A stretch of DNA of 59,940 nucleotides from positions 1-59,940 of the forward strand of contig CAXTYC010000032.1 in assembly GCA_964248365.1 (NCBI GenBank), given 5' to 3'. Position numbers and translations under genes: made by a program. Under the pieces are notes generated by a model. It searched no databases. It saw only the letters and a program-made list of their open reading frames with translations, and was not told the DNA's origin. This stretch comes from an uncultured Chroococcidiopsis sp. (GTDB lineage: Bacteria; Cyanobacteriota; Cyanobacteriia; Cyanobacteriales; Chroococcidiopsidaceae). This document shows, one piece after another, positions 31,401 to 41,212 of this stretch. The first letter of the stretch is position 1. Every line of letters begins with the position of its first letter.

Positions 31401-31761
31401 AAGCGATTAGCTATTAGCTATTAGCTTAAAACAACCCTAACCCAATTGCCAAGCGGGTTAAACGCGCTTGGCACTGGCTTCACAAGGGGCGCTCTTATTT
31501 ACCTCAATAAAAAATTTTTTTAGCCTACAACAAGAGGCTTGTACTGGGCTAACAGCTAACAGCTTTGTAAGGTCAATTCAATTTTTGAATTGTGAATTCG
31601 GTGAGCGCCTTCATTATGACTTTACGACTCCTATCGGGGGTTCTCATCTTGATCCAATACCTTTTTTTCCATAAATAAATTTAGGGGATATCCAACCTTT
31701 TGGGAATTAATTCCGAAGTACGAATTAAGAATTACGAATTTTTTCTGTTACCTAACTAGCG

Positions 31762-32049
31762 TCAAGAGCGTCTTTGCGTCCGGCGGTTTGTTTGGAGCCA
31801 CATTGAGATTCCAGTAACTGCCAGAAGTAACAGCCCTAAAGCATTCAGGAAGGGATAGATTGCTTCTAAATTGATGTTACCAAAGTGACCTTTGTGAATC
31901 TCAATTAACCAACGAAAAACATCACCTTTGTCTACCATATCGGCAATTTGATATAGTGAGCCAGTAATTAGGGTTAGCAGTAGGGGTAGAAGCATGATTG
32001 GTGCTAACGTGCGGTGCAGTTGACGCAAACGGGTTTTATTAGTTGCCAT
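31762..32049 (-). CDS. Small PepSY-associated TM-helix protein
   Basis: LRQLHR.L, LITG, IH.G.F, TGI.MW pattern. Confidence 0.8.
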   Translation of the reverse strand: MATNKTRLRQLHRTLAPIMLLPLLLTLITGSLYQIADMVDKGDVFRWLIEIHKGHFGNINLEAIYPFLNALGLLLLAVTGISMWLQTNRRTQRRS

Positions 32050-32076
32050 ATTAACGATCTCTTGAAACTGGCGTAT

Positions 32077-32113
32077 GTAGGGTGATCTGAGTGAAAAACT
32101 AGATCACTCCTAC
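32077..32113. terminator. Hairpin between the porin and PepSY genes
   Basis: GTAGGGTGATCT...AGATCACTCCTAC inverted arms. Confidence 0.45.
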
Positions 32114-32164
32114 AAAGTGTAACTTGAGATGCTTCCTTAGCTAGAAATCAACTGCATAGCTGAT

Positions 32165-33850
32165 TTAGAAAGAGAACGTAGTGCGAACCGCACCAATGAC
32201 AAGATCATCGTTGTTATTGTTGAAACCTGGAGAGGTGATCCAAATTACCCCAGGTGTGATGGCAATGTTATCTGTCAGTTGGTATTGGTAGAATCCTTCG
32301 ATATGGTATGAATCATTATTATCTTCAGCCACTTGAGCAACGGTGGAGTTAGTGACTTTTGGTTCCATACCAAAGACGAAACCAAGGAGACTTCCTTGTT
32401 TACCGAAGTCTGGGAAAGCTAGGGTTACAGCGTAGTTCAATATCTCTACATCTCCGCGATCAAAGAAGCCGCCAACAGTTGAAAGTAGCCTAGTTCTGTT
32501 GTATCCAGCCCAACCGCCCAGAACAATCTTATCGGTTATCCGCCAGGACAACTCTACCGCATAGGCATTAGTGGAAATTGGCACATTTGGCGTATTTTGA
32601 TTTGGTCCAATAATTTGTCTATTCTCAAAATAGTTGGCATCGAACTGATTGAAGGTGGCATTTCTACTACCAGTACCTGTATCATCAGCTCTGTATGAAT
32701 GGACGTAAGTTAAACCCAGGTTCAAGCGATCGCTCGGCTTAAACAGCAATTGACCAATAGCAGAGTAGGGACCATTAAACAATCCGTTGCCATTACTTGG
32801 GTCGTTATGCTGCCCTGCCAAATATCCTAAATTCAACTCGAAGTTCTTACCCAACTCTTGCGTGATGCCCAAGCCTGCACCATCACCCAGATTATAAATC
32901 GGATTGCGCGTCCCGAACCGAGACAATGCCCCCGAATCCCCATCACCATCAAACAGAGTTACAGTTTTGATAAAGTCATAAAAGGCAGCACCAGCAACAC
33001 CTAACAAAACAGTTGTACTATCTGTTAAAGGAAAGGTATATTCTAGAGTTTCCAAACCCAAACTATTATCTGGTAAAGTTTCGTCTTGGGCGCGGATAAA
33101 AGACAAACTGCCTTCAGATGTCCTCGTAGTTGAAGCGTATCCCCTCAAGTTTCCCGCAGACAGTAGAGTCAATAGTTTATCTTTTCCCGTGAAGCTGGTG
33201 TTAAGGAAGAGCCGCGCCCGATCCACAAATATAACCGAACCATTCACATCGTTGCCAGTCTCAATATTTTGACCGTTTGCAATCCCTGCAATGGCAGCAA
33301 CAACCAAGCCATTGAGTTTGGTAGTAGTGGAAAACTGATTTGCTTCTAATTGAGCTGTCGATGCTTCCAGCGCGTCTACACGTCCGCGTAAGCTGGCTAA
33401 TTCAGCGCTAAAGTCTTCCTGCAACTTTTGCAATGTGGCTAAGTCTTGCTTGTTAATTGTATCTGCACTCGCCGTTGCAATCAACTCGTTGACACGATCT
33501 AGGCAAGCATTCAAACCAGCGGCAAACTCATATCTTGTCAGCGCCCGATTACCTCTAAATGTACCATCTGGGTATCCGGCAATGCAACCATAACGTTCTA
33601 CCAAAGATTGCAGCGCTTGGAATGCCCAGTCTGTAGGTTGCACGTCTGATAATTGGGAAACCGAAGTCACCTGTGCCATTGTATTATTACTATCACCGCT
33701 GGGAGTAGCAGCAACTGAAATAGATTTTATGCTTTGTATCGTCTGTTCTGGAACTGGATTTGCTGCTGCTGGTAATGTAGCACCCATTACCAGCATGACT
33801 GTGAAAATAGCCGGACTAACCAAAAGCGAATAAGACAAACTTTTAGTCAT
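32165..33850 (-). CDS. Cyanobacterial SLH-domain / OprB-type porin
   Basis: QVTSVSQLSDVQPTDWAFQALQSLVERYGCIAGYPD, QFSTTTKL, C-terminal RTTFSF. Confidence 0.95.
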   Translation of the reverse strand: MTKSLSYSLLVSPAIFTVMLVMGATLPAAANPVPEQTIQSIKSISVAATPSGDSNNTMAQVTSVSQLSDVQPTDWAFQALQSLVERYGCIAGYPDGTFRGNRALTRYEFAAGLNACLDRVNELIATASADTINKQDLATLQKLQEDFSAELASLRGRVDALEASTAQLEANQFSTTTKLNGLVVAAIAGIANGQNIETGNDVNGSVIFVDRARLFLNTSFTGKDKLLTLLSAGNLRGYASTTRTSEGSLSFIRAQDETLPDNSLGLETLEYTFPLTDSTTVLLGVAGAAFYDFIKTVTLFDGDGDSGALSRFGTRNPIYNLGDGAGLGITQELGKNFELNLGYLAGQHNDPSNGNGLFNGPYSAIGQLLFKPSDRLNLGLTYVHSYRADDTGTGSRNATFNQFDANYFENRQIIGPNQNTPNVPISTNAYAVELSWRITDKIVLGGWAGYNRTRLLSTVGGFFDRGDVEILNYAVTLAFPDFGKQGSLLGFVFGMEPKVTNSTVAQVAEDNNDSYHIEGFYQYQLTDNIAITPGVIWITSPGFNNNNDDLVIGAVRTTFSF

Positions 33851-34355
33851 TATTACCTCTTGTCCTCACACCGATTTAAGCAATATGATGCTTACTCATT
33901 AGCCAAGTCTAGTGAATGTTTGTCATTTTTAGAATTTCACTAATGAGAGCTTTTGTTGATTAGTTTGACAGAAAAAGCCGTTTTTACAACAAAAGTTATT
34001 GATAAGTTTTGATAAGAAAAAGCAGCACTTAACCGTAACACTAGCCACATCGAAAAGGGGCTAGAGGAACTAGAGGGGGAGAGGGACAAGATGAAAGAAT
34101 TAACTATTCTGTCTTCTGTCTTCTGTCTTCACAACTCCTGAGTTCACAACTTTACAACTTCTGGCTTAGTTGACTTTGAAAACTCTTCTGGTACGATTAA
34201 AGCGAATTTTTAACTAAAAAATTTTCTCATTTTTCGATTCGGTTGACAATACAAAGCTTTTCACTTTTGCACAAGCTGCCCCGATTGGAATCTAAGTGGT
34301 GCGATCGCTTGTTTATTACTCTGTTAGGATTTGTAAGTTTAGAGGATTTTACTCG

Positions 34356-35822
34356 ATGTTGCTGTTTAAAAAAGCACTATTTGCTTGTATAATGATTGTT
34401 TCTTCGCTGCTAGTTTTAGCAATAGGAATTCCTGTTACATCAAGCAAGGCAATCTCTGCCGTCCCGTCGCTGCCAATCTCAAGCCGCGATCGCGTTTATA
34501 CTGCCGATCAAACCTCCAATACAGTTTCTGTAATTAACCCAGCCACTAATACTTTATTGGGGCGAATTTCTTTAGGGAATCCTCGTCCTAATGTTCTTAG
34601 CCCTTTGTACCGAGGGGAATTAAATGTTCATGGTTTGGGTTTCTCACCAGACCATCAAACACTTGCGGTAATCTCGACTGGTTCCAACTGTGTAACGCTG
34701 ATTGATACAGCAACAAATGCAATTAAAGGTAAGATTTATATCGGCAGATCCCCCCACGAAGGATTCTTTACCCCCAATGGTCAAGAACTGTGGGTGGCTG
34801 TACGCGGCGAAGACTATATCTCTGTCATTGATCCCACAGCCCTGAAGGAAGTGCGTCAAATCAAAGTAGCTACGGGTCCTGGTATGATTATGTTCAGCCC
34901 TGACGGTCGCCGCGCCTATATCTGCTCTAGTTTTACACCAGAACTCGACGTGGTGGATACCCAATCCTATCAGGTAATCAGGCAAATTCCTGTTGTCAGT
35001 CCCTTTTCACCCAATATTGCCATTACCTCTGATGGCAGCGAGGTTTGGTTTACTCATAAAGATGTTGGTAAAGTTAGCATACTTGATACTCAAAGTCTAA
35101 CTATCAAGTCGGTTCTGGATACGGGTCCGATCACAAATCACGTTAACTTTGCCGATAACAACAATGGCAAGTTTGCTTATGTAACGGTGGGAGGACGAAA
35201 TCAAGTCAAGGTTTATCGGCGGGATGATACCCCCCAGTTAGTGACAACAATTCCAGTTGGTGAATTACCACATGGTGTTTGGGCTTCGGGTGATGGTACA
35301 CGAATGTATATAGGGCTGGAAAATGGAGATGCGGTTGATGTTATTGACACGCTGACGCAACAACGGAGCAATCGCATAAGAGTGGGATACGCACCCCAAG
35401 CACTAGTCTATGTGCCGAACGCAGTACCTTCGGGCGAAGGTTTAGATAATCTTCAACCACCTGACCAGATGCAACTCACACTTAACGCTGCATTCGCGTC
35501 ACCCAATGGTGGTAATGCCGTTGGTAGTTTTACGATTCGATCTCTTGGTGATGTAGATGGACTTGATGTGGCTCTTCGCGGCTTAATGCCCAATCAACAG
35601 TATGGCTTGTATCTACTTGGTGATCGCCCACCTGAAATAATTACTGCTTTACGCACAGATGCGGGGGGCAGCGGTACAGGTGTAGCAACAGGAACGCTAC
35701 GGGAACGACTGGAGCCTTCAACGAGGGCAGGAGCCAATCGCCAGCAAGTCGTAATTGCCCCTAGAAATGCTCAAAATCCAGCAACAGAGGCGGTTTTAAT
35801 GTTAGCTGAACCTTGCTGTTAG
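34356..35822 (+). CDS. Secreted YncE/YVTN beta-propeller protein
   Basis: Signal peptide; repeats such as RVYTADQTSNTVSVINP, GRSPHEGFFTPNG, GELPHGVW. ATG at 34356. Confidence 0.85.
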   Translation: MLLFKKALFACIMIVSSLLVLAIGIPVTSSKAISAVPSLPISSRDRVYTADQTSNTVSVINPATNTLLGRISLGNPRPNVLSPLYRGELNVHGLGFSPDHQTLAVISTGSNCVTLIDTATNAIKGKIYIGRSPHEGFFTPNGQELWVAVRGEDYISVIDPTALKEVRQIKVATGPGMIMFSPDGRRAYICSSFTPELDVVDTQSYQVIRQIPVVSPFSPNIAITSDGSEVWFTHKDVGKVSILDTQSLTIKSVLDTGPITNHVNFADNNNGKFAYVTVGGRNQVKVYRRDDTPQLVTTIPVGELPHGVWASGDGTRMYIGLENGDAVDVIDTLTQQRSNRIRVGYAPQALVYVPNAVPSGEGLDNLQPPDQMQLTLNAAFASPNGGNAVGSFTIRSLGDVDGLDVALRGLMPNQQYGLYLLGDRPPEIITALRTDAGGSGTGVATGTLRERLEPSTRAGANRQQVVIAPRNAQNPATEAVLMLAEPCC

Positions 35823-35832
35823 TTTTTAACTA

Positions 35833-35976
35833 GGAGGGAGTAGGGAGAGGGGCGCAAGGGGCGCAAGGGGCAGAGGAGAAATTACCCTTTTACCTTTCAC
35901 CTTTACCCTTTACCCTTTTCCCTTTTACCAACTACCAACTACCAACTACCAACTACCAATTACCAATTACCAATTA
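35833..35976. repeat. Short tandem repeats (GGGGCGCAA, TTTACCC, TACCAAC/TACCAAT)
   Basis: Visible 7-9-mer tandem runs between convergent genes. Confidence 0.85.
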
Positions 35977-35984
35977 ACCCAAGC

Positions 35985-36437
35985 TCAAGGGTGTTTCTCG
36001 AATCTCTTAAACACACTAAGAACCAGCAAAGACAGTACAGCACCAATTAATCCCATCTGCCATAAACCACATCCGGCGGCTATTCCCAAAGCAGCGCAAA
36101 CCCAAATAGCAGCAGCAGAGGTGAGTCCACGTACCTGAGCCAAACTCGATGCTTGCTGAGATTCGCGCAAGATTTCGCCAGCACCTAGAAATCCTACTCC
36201 AGCGGTAATGCCTTGTACTACTCGGCTAATGGCATCACGCCCTAGTTGATCTGTCGTGATTTGGAGGGGTATGAGAACAAACAGGGCAGAACCAAGGCTA
36301 ACTAGCATATGGGTTCTTAAGCCTGCTGGTTTATGACTGATTTGGCGTTCTAAACCGATAATCGCCCCAATAATTAAGGCAACACATAGCCTGAAAGTTA
36401 AGCCCAACCAATCATTAGGGGCAAGGGTAATGGTCAT
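35985..36437 (-). CDS. MgtC/SapB family membrane protein
   Basis: GAIIGLER, KPAGLRTHMLV, GVGFLGAG, GLTSAAAIW. Confidence 0.93.
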   Translation of the reverse strand: MTITLAPNDWLGLTFRLCVALIIGAIIGLERQISHKPAGLRTHMLVSLGSALFVLIPLQITTDQLGRDAISRVVQGITAGVGFLGAGEILRESQQASSLAQVRGLTSAAAIWVCAALGIAAGCGLWQMGLIGAVLSLLVLSVFKRFEKHP

Positions 36438-36572
36438 ATTAAGTCGAAATTCGACTGTCGAAATTCGACTGTATCACTACTTGGCACTCGCCACACATCC
36501 TTTACACTTGATACTTTTTTAGTTCCACTATTTCGACTAAAACTCCATCATACACCTACCATTAATAATTCA

Positions 36573-37205
36573 TCAAAATCCAACTTTAACCCATAGTGCG
36601 AGTCCACCGCCGCGACCACGAGCAGCAATGAAGTTTTCCGTTACTAGGAAAAAGGCAAAGAAAGGAAGTTTAGAAATGGGTTGACTCGAGAAATGGGTTG
36701 CAGCAGCTTTACCACCTCGGAACTCGCCACCATAGACGGTACGACCAAACAGGCATAGCTGCATATGGTTGAAGTCAAATGCTAGTAGGTTTTTCTTACC
36801 TAAATACTGAGCAGGACCAGTCAGTTTAAATAGCAGCGAACCAAATTGAATTGAATTGGTAATTTCTAATTGACCTGAAGTTTGTACCTGAGTAAAGGAA
36901 ATCTGTGCCCACGCAAACTGGGGTAGATAAAAGCCTTTACCTGTTGCCACTCCACCGCGTAGATGAGCATTGCGAGGAGCAGTAAAGTAGAGTCGCCAAT
37001 TACCTAGAAGGGATTGGAGGGGATATGTTAGTCGTTGCTGTTTGGTTGCTTTTTCCGCTTGTACCAAGGCATTGACTACTGCTTTAGTAGAAGGGCGATC
37101 GCTCTTTCTTTCTCGCAAAGCAGCCGCAGCCAATGAAAGGATGGCGACAAAATCAGGTTCAGTAATGGATGTATCTAGCGCTGACATGAGGTTGGTTTCT
37201 ATCAA
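36573..37205 (-). CDS. Conserved cyanobacterial hypothetical protein (possibly PAP/fibrillin-like)
   Basis: L.G.WRL.F and C-terminal ARGRGGGLALW motifs. Confidence 0.7.
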   Translation of the reverse strand: MIETNLMSALDTSITEPDFVAILSLAAAALRERKSDRPSTKAVVNALVQAEKATKQQRLTYPLQSLLGNWRLYFTAPRNAHLRGGVATGKGFYLPQFAWAQISFTQVQTSGQLEITNSIQFGSLLFKLTGPAQYLGKKNLLAFDFNHMQLCLFGRTVYGGEFRGGKAAATHFSSQPISKLPFFAFFLVTENFIAARGRGGGLALWVKVGF

Positions 37206-37581
37206 GTACGCACCAATCGCCTTGATAACGTAATATTACCGAGTATTCGACTGGGGCGATCGCCACCAACGACTGGTTTTTAGAATTTTACTAGATGCAG
37301 TTTTTCCTGTCACTAACACGTATATTTCCCACTTACCCCTAATAGACCTCACAGACAAGACTGAAGTACCGTCCCAACCTAGAAACGAAGCAAACTAACA
37401 AGCTAATATGCTGTAATACAGGTTAACCCCAGCCTCACAACTATCTGCATCGAGGTGGGGAGTGCGTTCTCCGGCTAGTGGGGCAGAAATAGAACGCCAC
37501 AGGCATCAGACACAGATAAATGGTGCGCTGCTTGCTATAACGTACCCTACGCAAGTTAAGATTTACTTTATACAACGATCT

Positions 37582-38007
37582 CTAACTTGTCGCCGCTGAT
37601 TTCTTTCCATTCTTGCCGTCCCCACTGGCAACGAATAACGATTGCTCAGAACTAGAAGTTGGTGACTCGCCTCGCAGTTTCTTGCGGCGCTGATTTTTGG
37701 GAACTCCTCCTGCCATGCCGTATTCCACACTGCTTTTGCCATATCGAGTAGCAACTCCCAACAGCATATGTTCTGCCATATCTCCCAACTCGCGCTCTGT
37801 TTGGAGCATTTCACGGTATAACTTATCTAGGTTGGAAAGGGCAGTGTTGTAAGCATTCTCTCTAGTTCGCATCGTCTCGATTAGAGTTGAGAAGGCAGGC
37901 AGAGTTAGTCCATTGCCTAAATTTAAATTCGGGTCGATTGAGTTGATACCAGCTGCACGACGTGCGGCTTTTTCTAACATCTGGGAAGTTCTTTTTCTAC
38001 GAGCCAC
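37582..38007 (-). CDS. Small basic hypothetical protein (helical core, Arg/Lys-rich ends)
   Basis: 141-aa ORF, GTG start with AAAGGT upstream; MARRKRTSQ N-terminus, amphipathic helices, YGKSSVEYGMAGG...RRKK motif. Confidence 0.75.
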   Translation of the reverse strand: MARRKRTSQMLEKAARRAAGINSIDPNLNLGNGLTLPAFSTLIETMRTRENAYNTALSNLDKLYREMLQTERELGDMAEHMLLGVATRYGKSSVEYGMAGGVPKNQRRKKLRGESPTSSSEQSLFVASGDGKNGKKSAATS

Positions 38008-38122
38008 AATCTACACCTTTTAGTAGGGTTAATATTCTTTACCTTAAAAAACTGACCTATTGATTGTCCTGAGAGAATCTCGGCAAATCTGCAATAACTT
38101 TTGCTACACAGTAGTAGTTGTC

Positions 38123-38353
38123 ATGAGTGCGTGAATTACTTAAATGAGTCAGCAAACAGGCGAATTGAGAAAGCAAAAAGCCTTTTTACTTGCGGAAAAC
38201 ACTAAAATGAATGCGCGAACTACTGAAATGAGAAAGTAATCTGCCCTTTTACTTGTATAAAACACTAAAATGAATGCGTGAACTACTGAAGTGAAAACGC
38301 AAACAGGCAAACTGAGAAAACAATCTGCCGTTTTGCTGATTGAACTCGACTTT
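38123..38353. repeat. Array of eleven degenerate 21-bp units (order ABCD-ACD-ABC-D')
   Basis: Exact 21-nt register with no indels; T at unit position 2 and A at position 12 are invariant; units such as ATGAATGCGYGAACTACTGAA and TTACTTG...AAAACACTAAA recur. Confidence 0.85.
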
Positions 38354-38941
38354 ATCTATTTTTCCCAGTGCAATCACCAGTTATGAGCGTCGGGAGGGTA
38401 GACGATTGTCACGTATAACGCTTAAATACATCTGAATATCGGGTTGTAGGCAATAGACTGAAAGTTAAAGTTATTTATGGCTGTAAATTTCGCTTTTACA
38501 AGTTCGATGCATCCACGCGCACATTACTACTTTAAACAATGCAAGCTAAAATCACTCAAAAATTATTCTATTAGATAGCTTAGATAGCTCTAAATATATA
38601 CGAAAAATTACCATTTAATTACCTATATAAGGTAGTTATATGAAACACTTTAGTGTAATATCCAAATTTTCGATATTCTCCTGAAAAATTATTTATAAAT
38701 ACTCTGTACAAGATAGTTATATGGAAAGATCTGTATAAAAGCTGTATCAGGAGTGCTATGTAGAAAAATTCTATATAAGTACCCTTTTGGAAGTATTTAT
38801 ATGCAAAATTTCAGTATAATAAGTGGTTCGACCACCTAGATTATCTGTAGGAGCGTGGTTGGGAGATGATTGGTGTGATACGAAACCCAACTAAACGTGA
38901 ATCCCAATTAAATACAAAATTAAGAAGTAATCAGTTGGACA

Positions 38942-39331
38942 TTAGGGGTGCTGAACTTCGCACTCAGTTAGTCCTTTAGCTCTATTCACGAACTTCGTAT
39001 CAAATGTGTATATTGCAGAATAGTTCTGGCTTTGCGCTAAGTGAAGTGCATCGGCAAAATCCAAACCATTCTCATGCCATTGCAAAGCTAGTGCCATCAA
39101 ACTTCCATTTGTAAGCTGAACATTAGGTAAACCCAGAAGTTTTCTAAATGCCTCGCAAATTTCATCAGGTTTGAAATGGTAGGCAAAACGTAATACCCAT
39201 TCCGTTTCGAGAAGAACTGTGTCTGGAATAAATATGTCTTGTTCCTGAAATAGCTTGAGGCTTTTGTTGTATTGCTGTTCATCATCTTGTGTTAAGAGCC
39301 GTACAACAATATTTGTATCAACTGCGATCAT
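38942..39331 (-). CDS. vapC: VapC-type PIN-domain toxin
   Basis: IAVDTNIVVR, VLLETEWVL, DFADALH, TFD. Confidence 0.92.
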   Translation of the reverse strand: MIAVDTNIVVRLLTQDDEQQYNKSLKLFQEQDIFIPDTVLLETEWVLRFAYHFKPDEICEAFRKLLGLPNVQLTNGSLMALALQWHENGLDFADALHLAQSQNYSAIYTFDTKFVNRAKGLTECEVQHP

Positions 39332-39581
39332 GCCACTGCTCTATCACTCCCTGGCAAATCGCATTTTCTAGCTCATCTAGACTCTTTGGTTTTCCCCGAT
39401 ATTTCAAGCATCCTGCAACCTGCGCTAAAGTTGTCTGCAAAAAAGGTTTTTTGGGTTTTAGCAGAATACCATCACCGACATCAATTGCAATTAGTTCCTG
39501 ACCTGCTTCCCAGTGGTGAGCAGCACGGAGAGCTTTTGGAATGATAACTTGTCCTTTACTCGATAAACGGGTGACTTCCAT
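39318..39581 (-). CDS. AbrB/MazE-type antitoxin
   Basis: LSSKGQVIIPKALR; overlaps the vapC start. Confidence 0.92.
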   Translation of the reverse strand: MEVTRLSSKGQVIIPKALRAAHHWEAGQELIAIDVGDGILLKPKKPFLQTTLAQVAGCLKYRGKPKSLDELENAICQGVIEQWHDRS

Positions 39582-40129
39582 TCAATTTAAGTATCACAAG
39601 CAGTAAGAAATATGTAAGAATTCTAGCATTAGCATTTTAAAAGCGGTTGCGGCGGTCGAACTCAATGGTATGGCAGTGCAATGTCTAGGGACACCGCTTT
39701 GCGTTTACGCTCTCTTGCTAATGGTGCATTGTCGCAAAGCGCAACGCACCATTATATTAAACTGAACCTCACCACCGCCACCCCAATCTAACGGCTAAAT
39801 GTTCTGCTAGCTAAAACTATGAACACGCAGAAATTGCCCATCGTTGCAATGATTCACAAAATTTATGCCGCTGGGTTATCGGTAGGGGCGTAACTGGGAG
39901 GGTACTAGTGGGATGGGATCGCCGAAAACTCAAAAGGGGCGATCGTTATGGTAATCGACATTAATTTAAGCGATCGCACCGACATTTTCATCTAGTGCGA
40001 TCGCAGGGAATACCTGTGCGTTGCCCCGCGACAACACACCCGAAAAGTTGATACTATTAACAAAATGGGCAATCGCCTACCACCCAAAAGGGGCGATGCC
40101 ACAGCGGTGAGCAGATTGGCAAAAACACT

Positions 40130-40708
40130 ATGGCAAAGCGTAAGAAAACCAATCGAACGTGGATTAAAGAAATGCTTGAGCTAAAACCCGACCATCACTG
40201 GGAATCACCACCAGGTTACAAAATTTTTGTAGCAGATCGGGGGGCTGTTCGCTTCAATGTTCCTCAGAATTGGGTTGTTGAGCCACAAGAAAAATCGTTC
40301 AAGTTTCTTGATCAAAAACCGCCCAACGATGATTGCTGCCTAGAAGTATCTTTCAATCACCTGCCACCCAATGACTGGAGCCAGTTTCCGCTACAATCCA
40401 CCTTGAAGAAAGTCATAGAAGATGACGGTCGCAACGTCATTGAATCGGGAGAAATCTTTACTATCAAGCGCCAAACCGCTAGGATTGTGTGGACACAGAT
40501 TAAGTTTATCGACACTCAGGCAGAACCACGCGAAGCTTTTTCGCGGATTTGCATTGGTTTGGGGTCGAACATTCAGTGCTTGATTACATTCGATTATTGG
40601 GCAGATCAGGCTCTTGGGCTAACACCAGTTTGGGATGAAGTGATACGTAGTCTCACACTAGGGTTGTATATCCGCGATCCAATGACTGGTGTGGCTTTCC
40701 CTGACTGA
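40130..40708 (+). CDS. Hypothetical protein
   Basis: 192-aa ATG-initiated ORF with protein-like composition; no family recognised. Confidence 0.7.
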   Translation: MAKRKKTNRTWIKEMLELKPDHHWESPPGYKIFVADRGAVRFNVPQNWVVEPQEKSFKFLDQKPPNDDCCLEVSFNHLPPNDWSQFPLQSTLKKVIEDDGRNVIESGEIFTIKRQTARIVWTQIKFIDTQAEPREAFSRICIGLGSNIQCLITFDYWADQALGLTPVWDEVIRSLTLGLYIRDPMTGVAFPD

Positions 40709-41122
40709 ACCACAAGAATGAATTGCTTCCTTATAGCGGTCTAAATTTGATATACCGCAGCTAGATTACTCTTACTTTTAGCGTCAGCGTCAGACGGCTC
40801 TGTGACTGACTGCCCAGTTAGCACGTATCCTTTGATAATTTTAAACACAAGACCTCTGGCAAAAGTCCAATTGCGCGCAAGGGGAAGAGGTTAAAGGTGA
40901 AAGGGAAAAGGAAAATTCAATGGGTTTCCCCCCCCTTCCAAAAGTCCCTGTTCCCGACTTGGAGCTAGTGATTCATGCACCAAAGTCATCAAGCGCCGCG
41001 ACACCCTCCACAAACCTCCAACACACAAACTCTTTTATTTTTCCAGCTTCAAAAGAAACAATTATTTTTGTATTTATATTAAGTAGCAAAGGTAACATCA
41101 ATGAAAATTTTTGCTAGTACAA

Positions 41123-41140
41123 TATTCTTATTTAAGAATA
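41123..41140. promoter_or_regulatory. AT-rich palindrome upstream of the porin, possible Fur-family box
   Basis: TATTCTTA-TT-TAAGAATA, ending 73 nt before the ATG. Confidence 0.35.
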
Positions 41141-41212
41141 ATTCAGTCAGGTTGACGATTCTTTTTAAGCAGTGGGTTTTAGCTACTGCCAAGTATTTGT
41201 GCGTGAGGACGA

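Noticed and set aside
31468..31674. 68-aa ORF downstream of the cupredoxin gene
   Set aside because: TTG start inside a hairpin, spans heptamer repeats, no recognisable motif.
38123..38353. CRISPR array interpretation of the 21-bp repeats
   Set aside because: No constant repeat alternating with unique spacers, units are contiguous, and no cas genes are in the window.
39819..39893. Short ORF MNTQKLPIVAMIHKIY... as a DGR Avd remnant
   Set aside because: Only 24 codons with superficial similarity; no reverse transcriptase or TR/VR pair seen.
40920..41117. 65-aa ORF upstream of porin 2
   Set aside because: Starts in a repeat-rich tract and overlaps the likely promoter region; no protein-like features.
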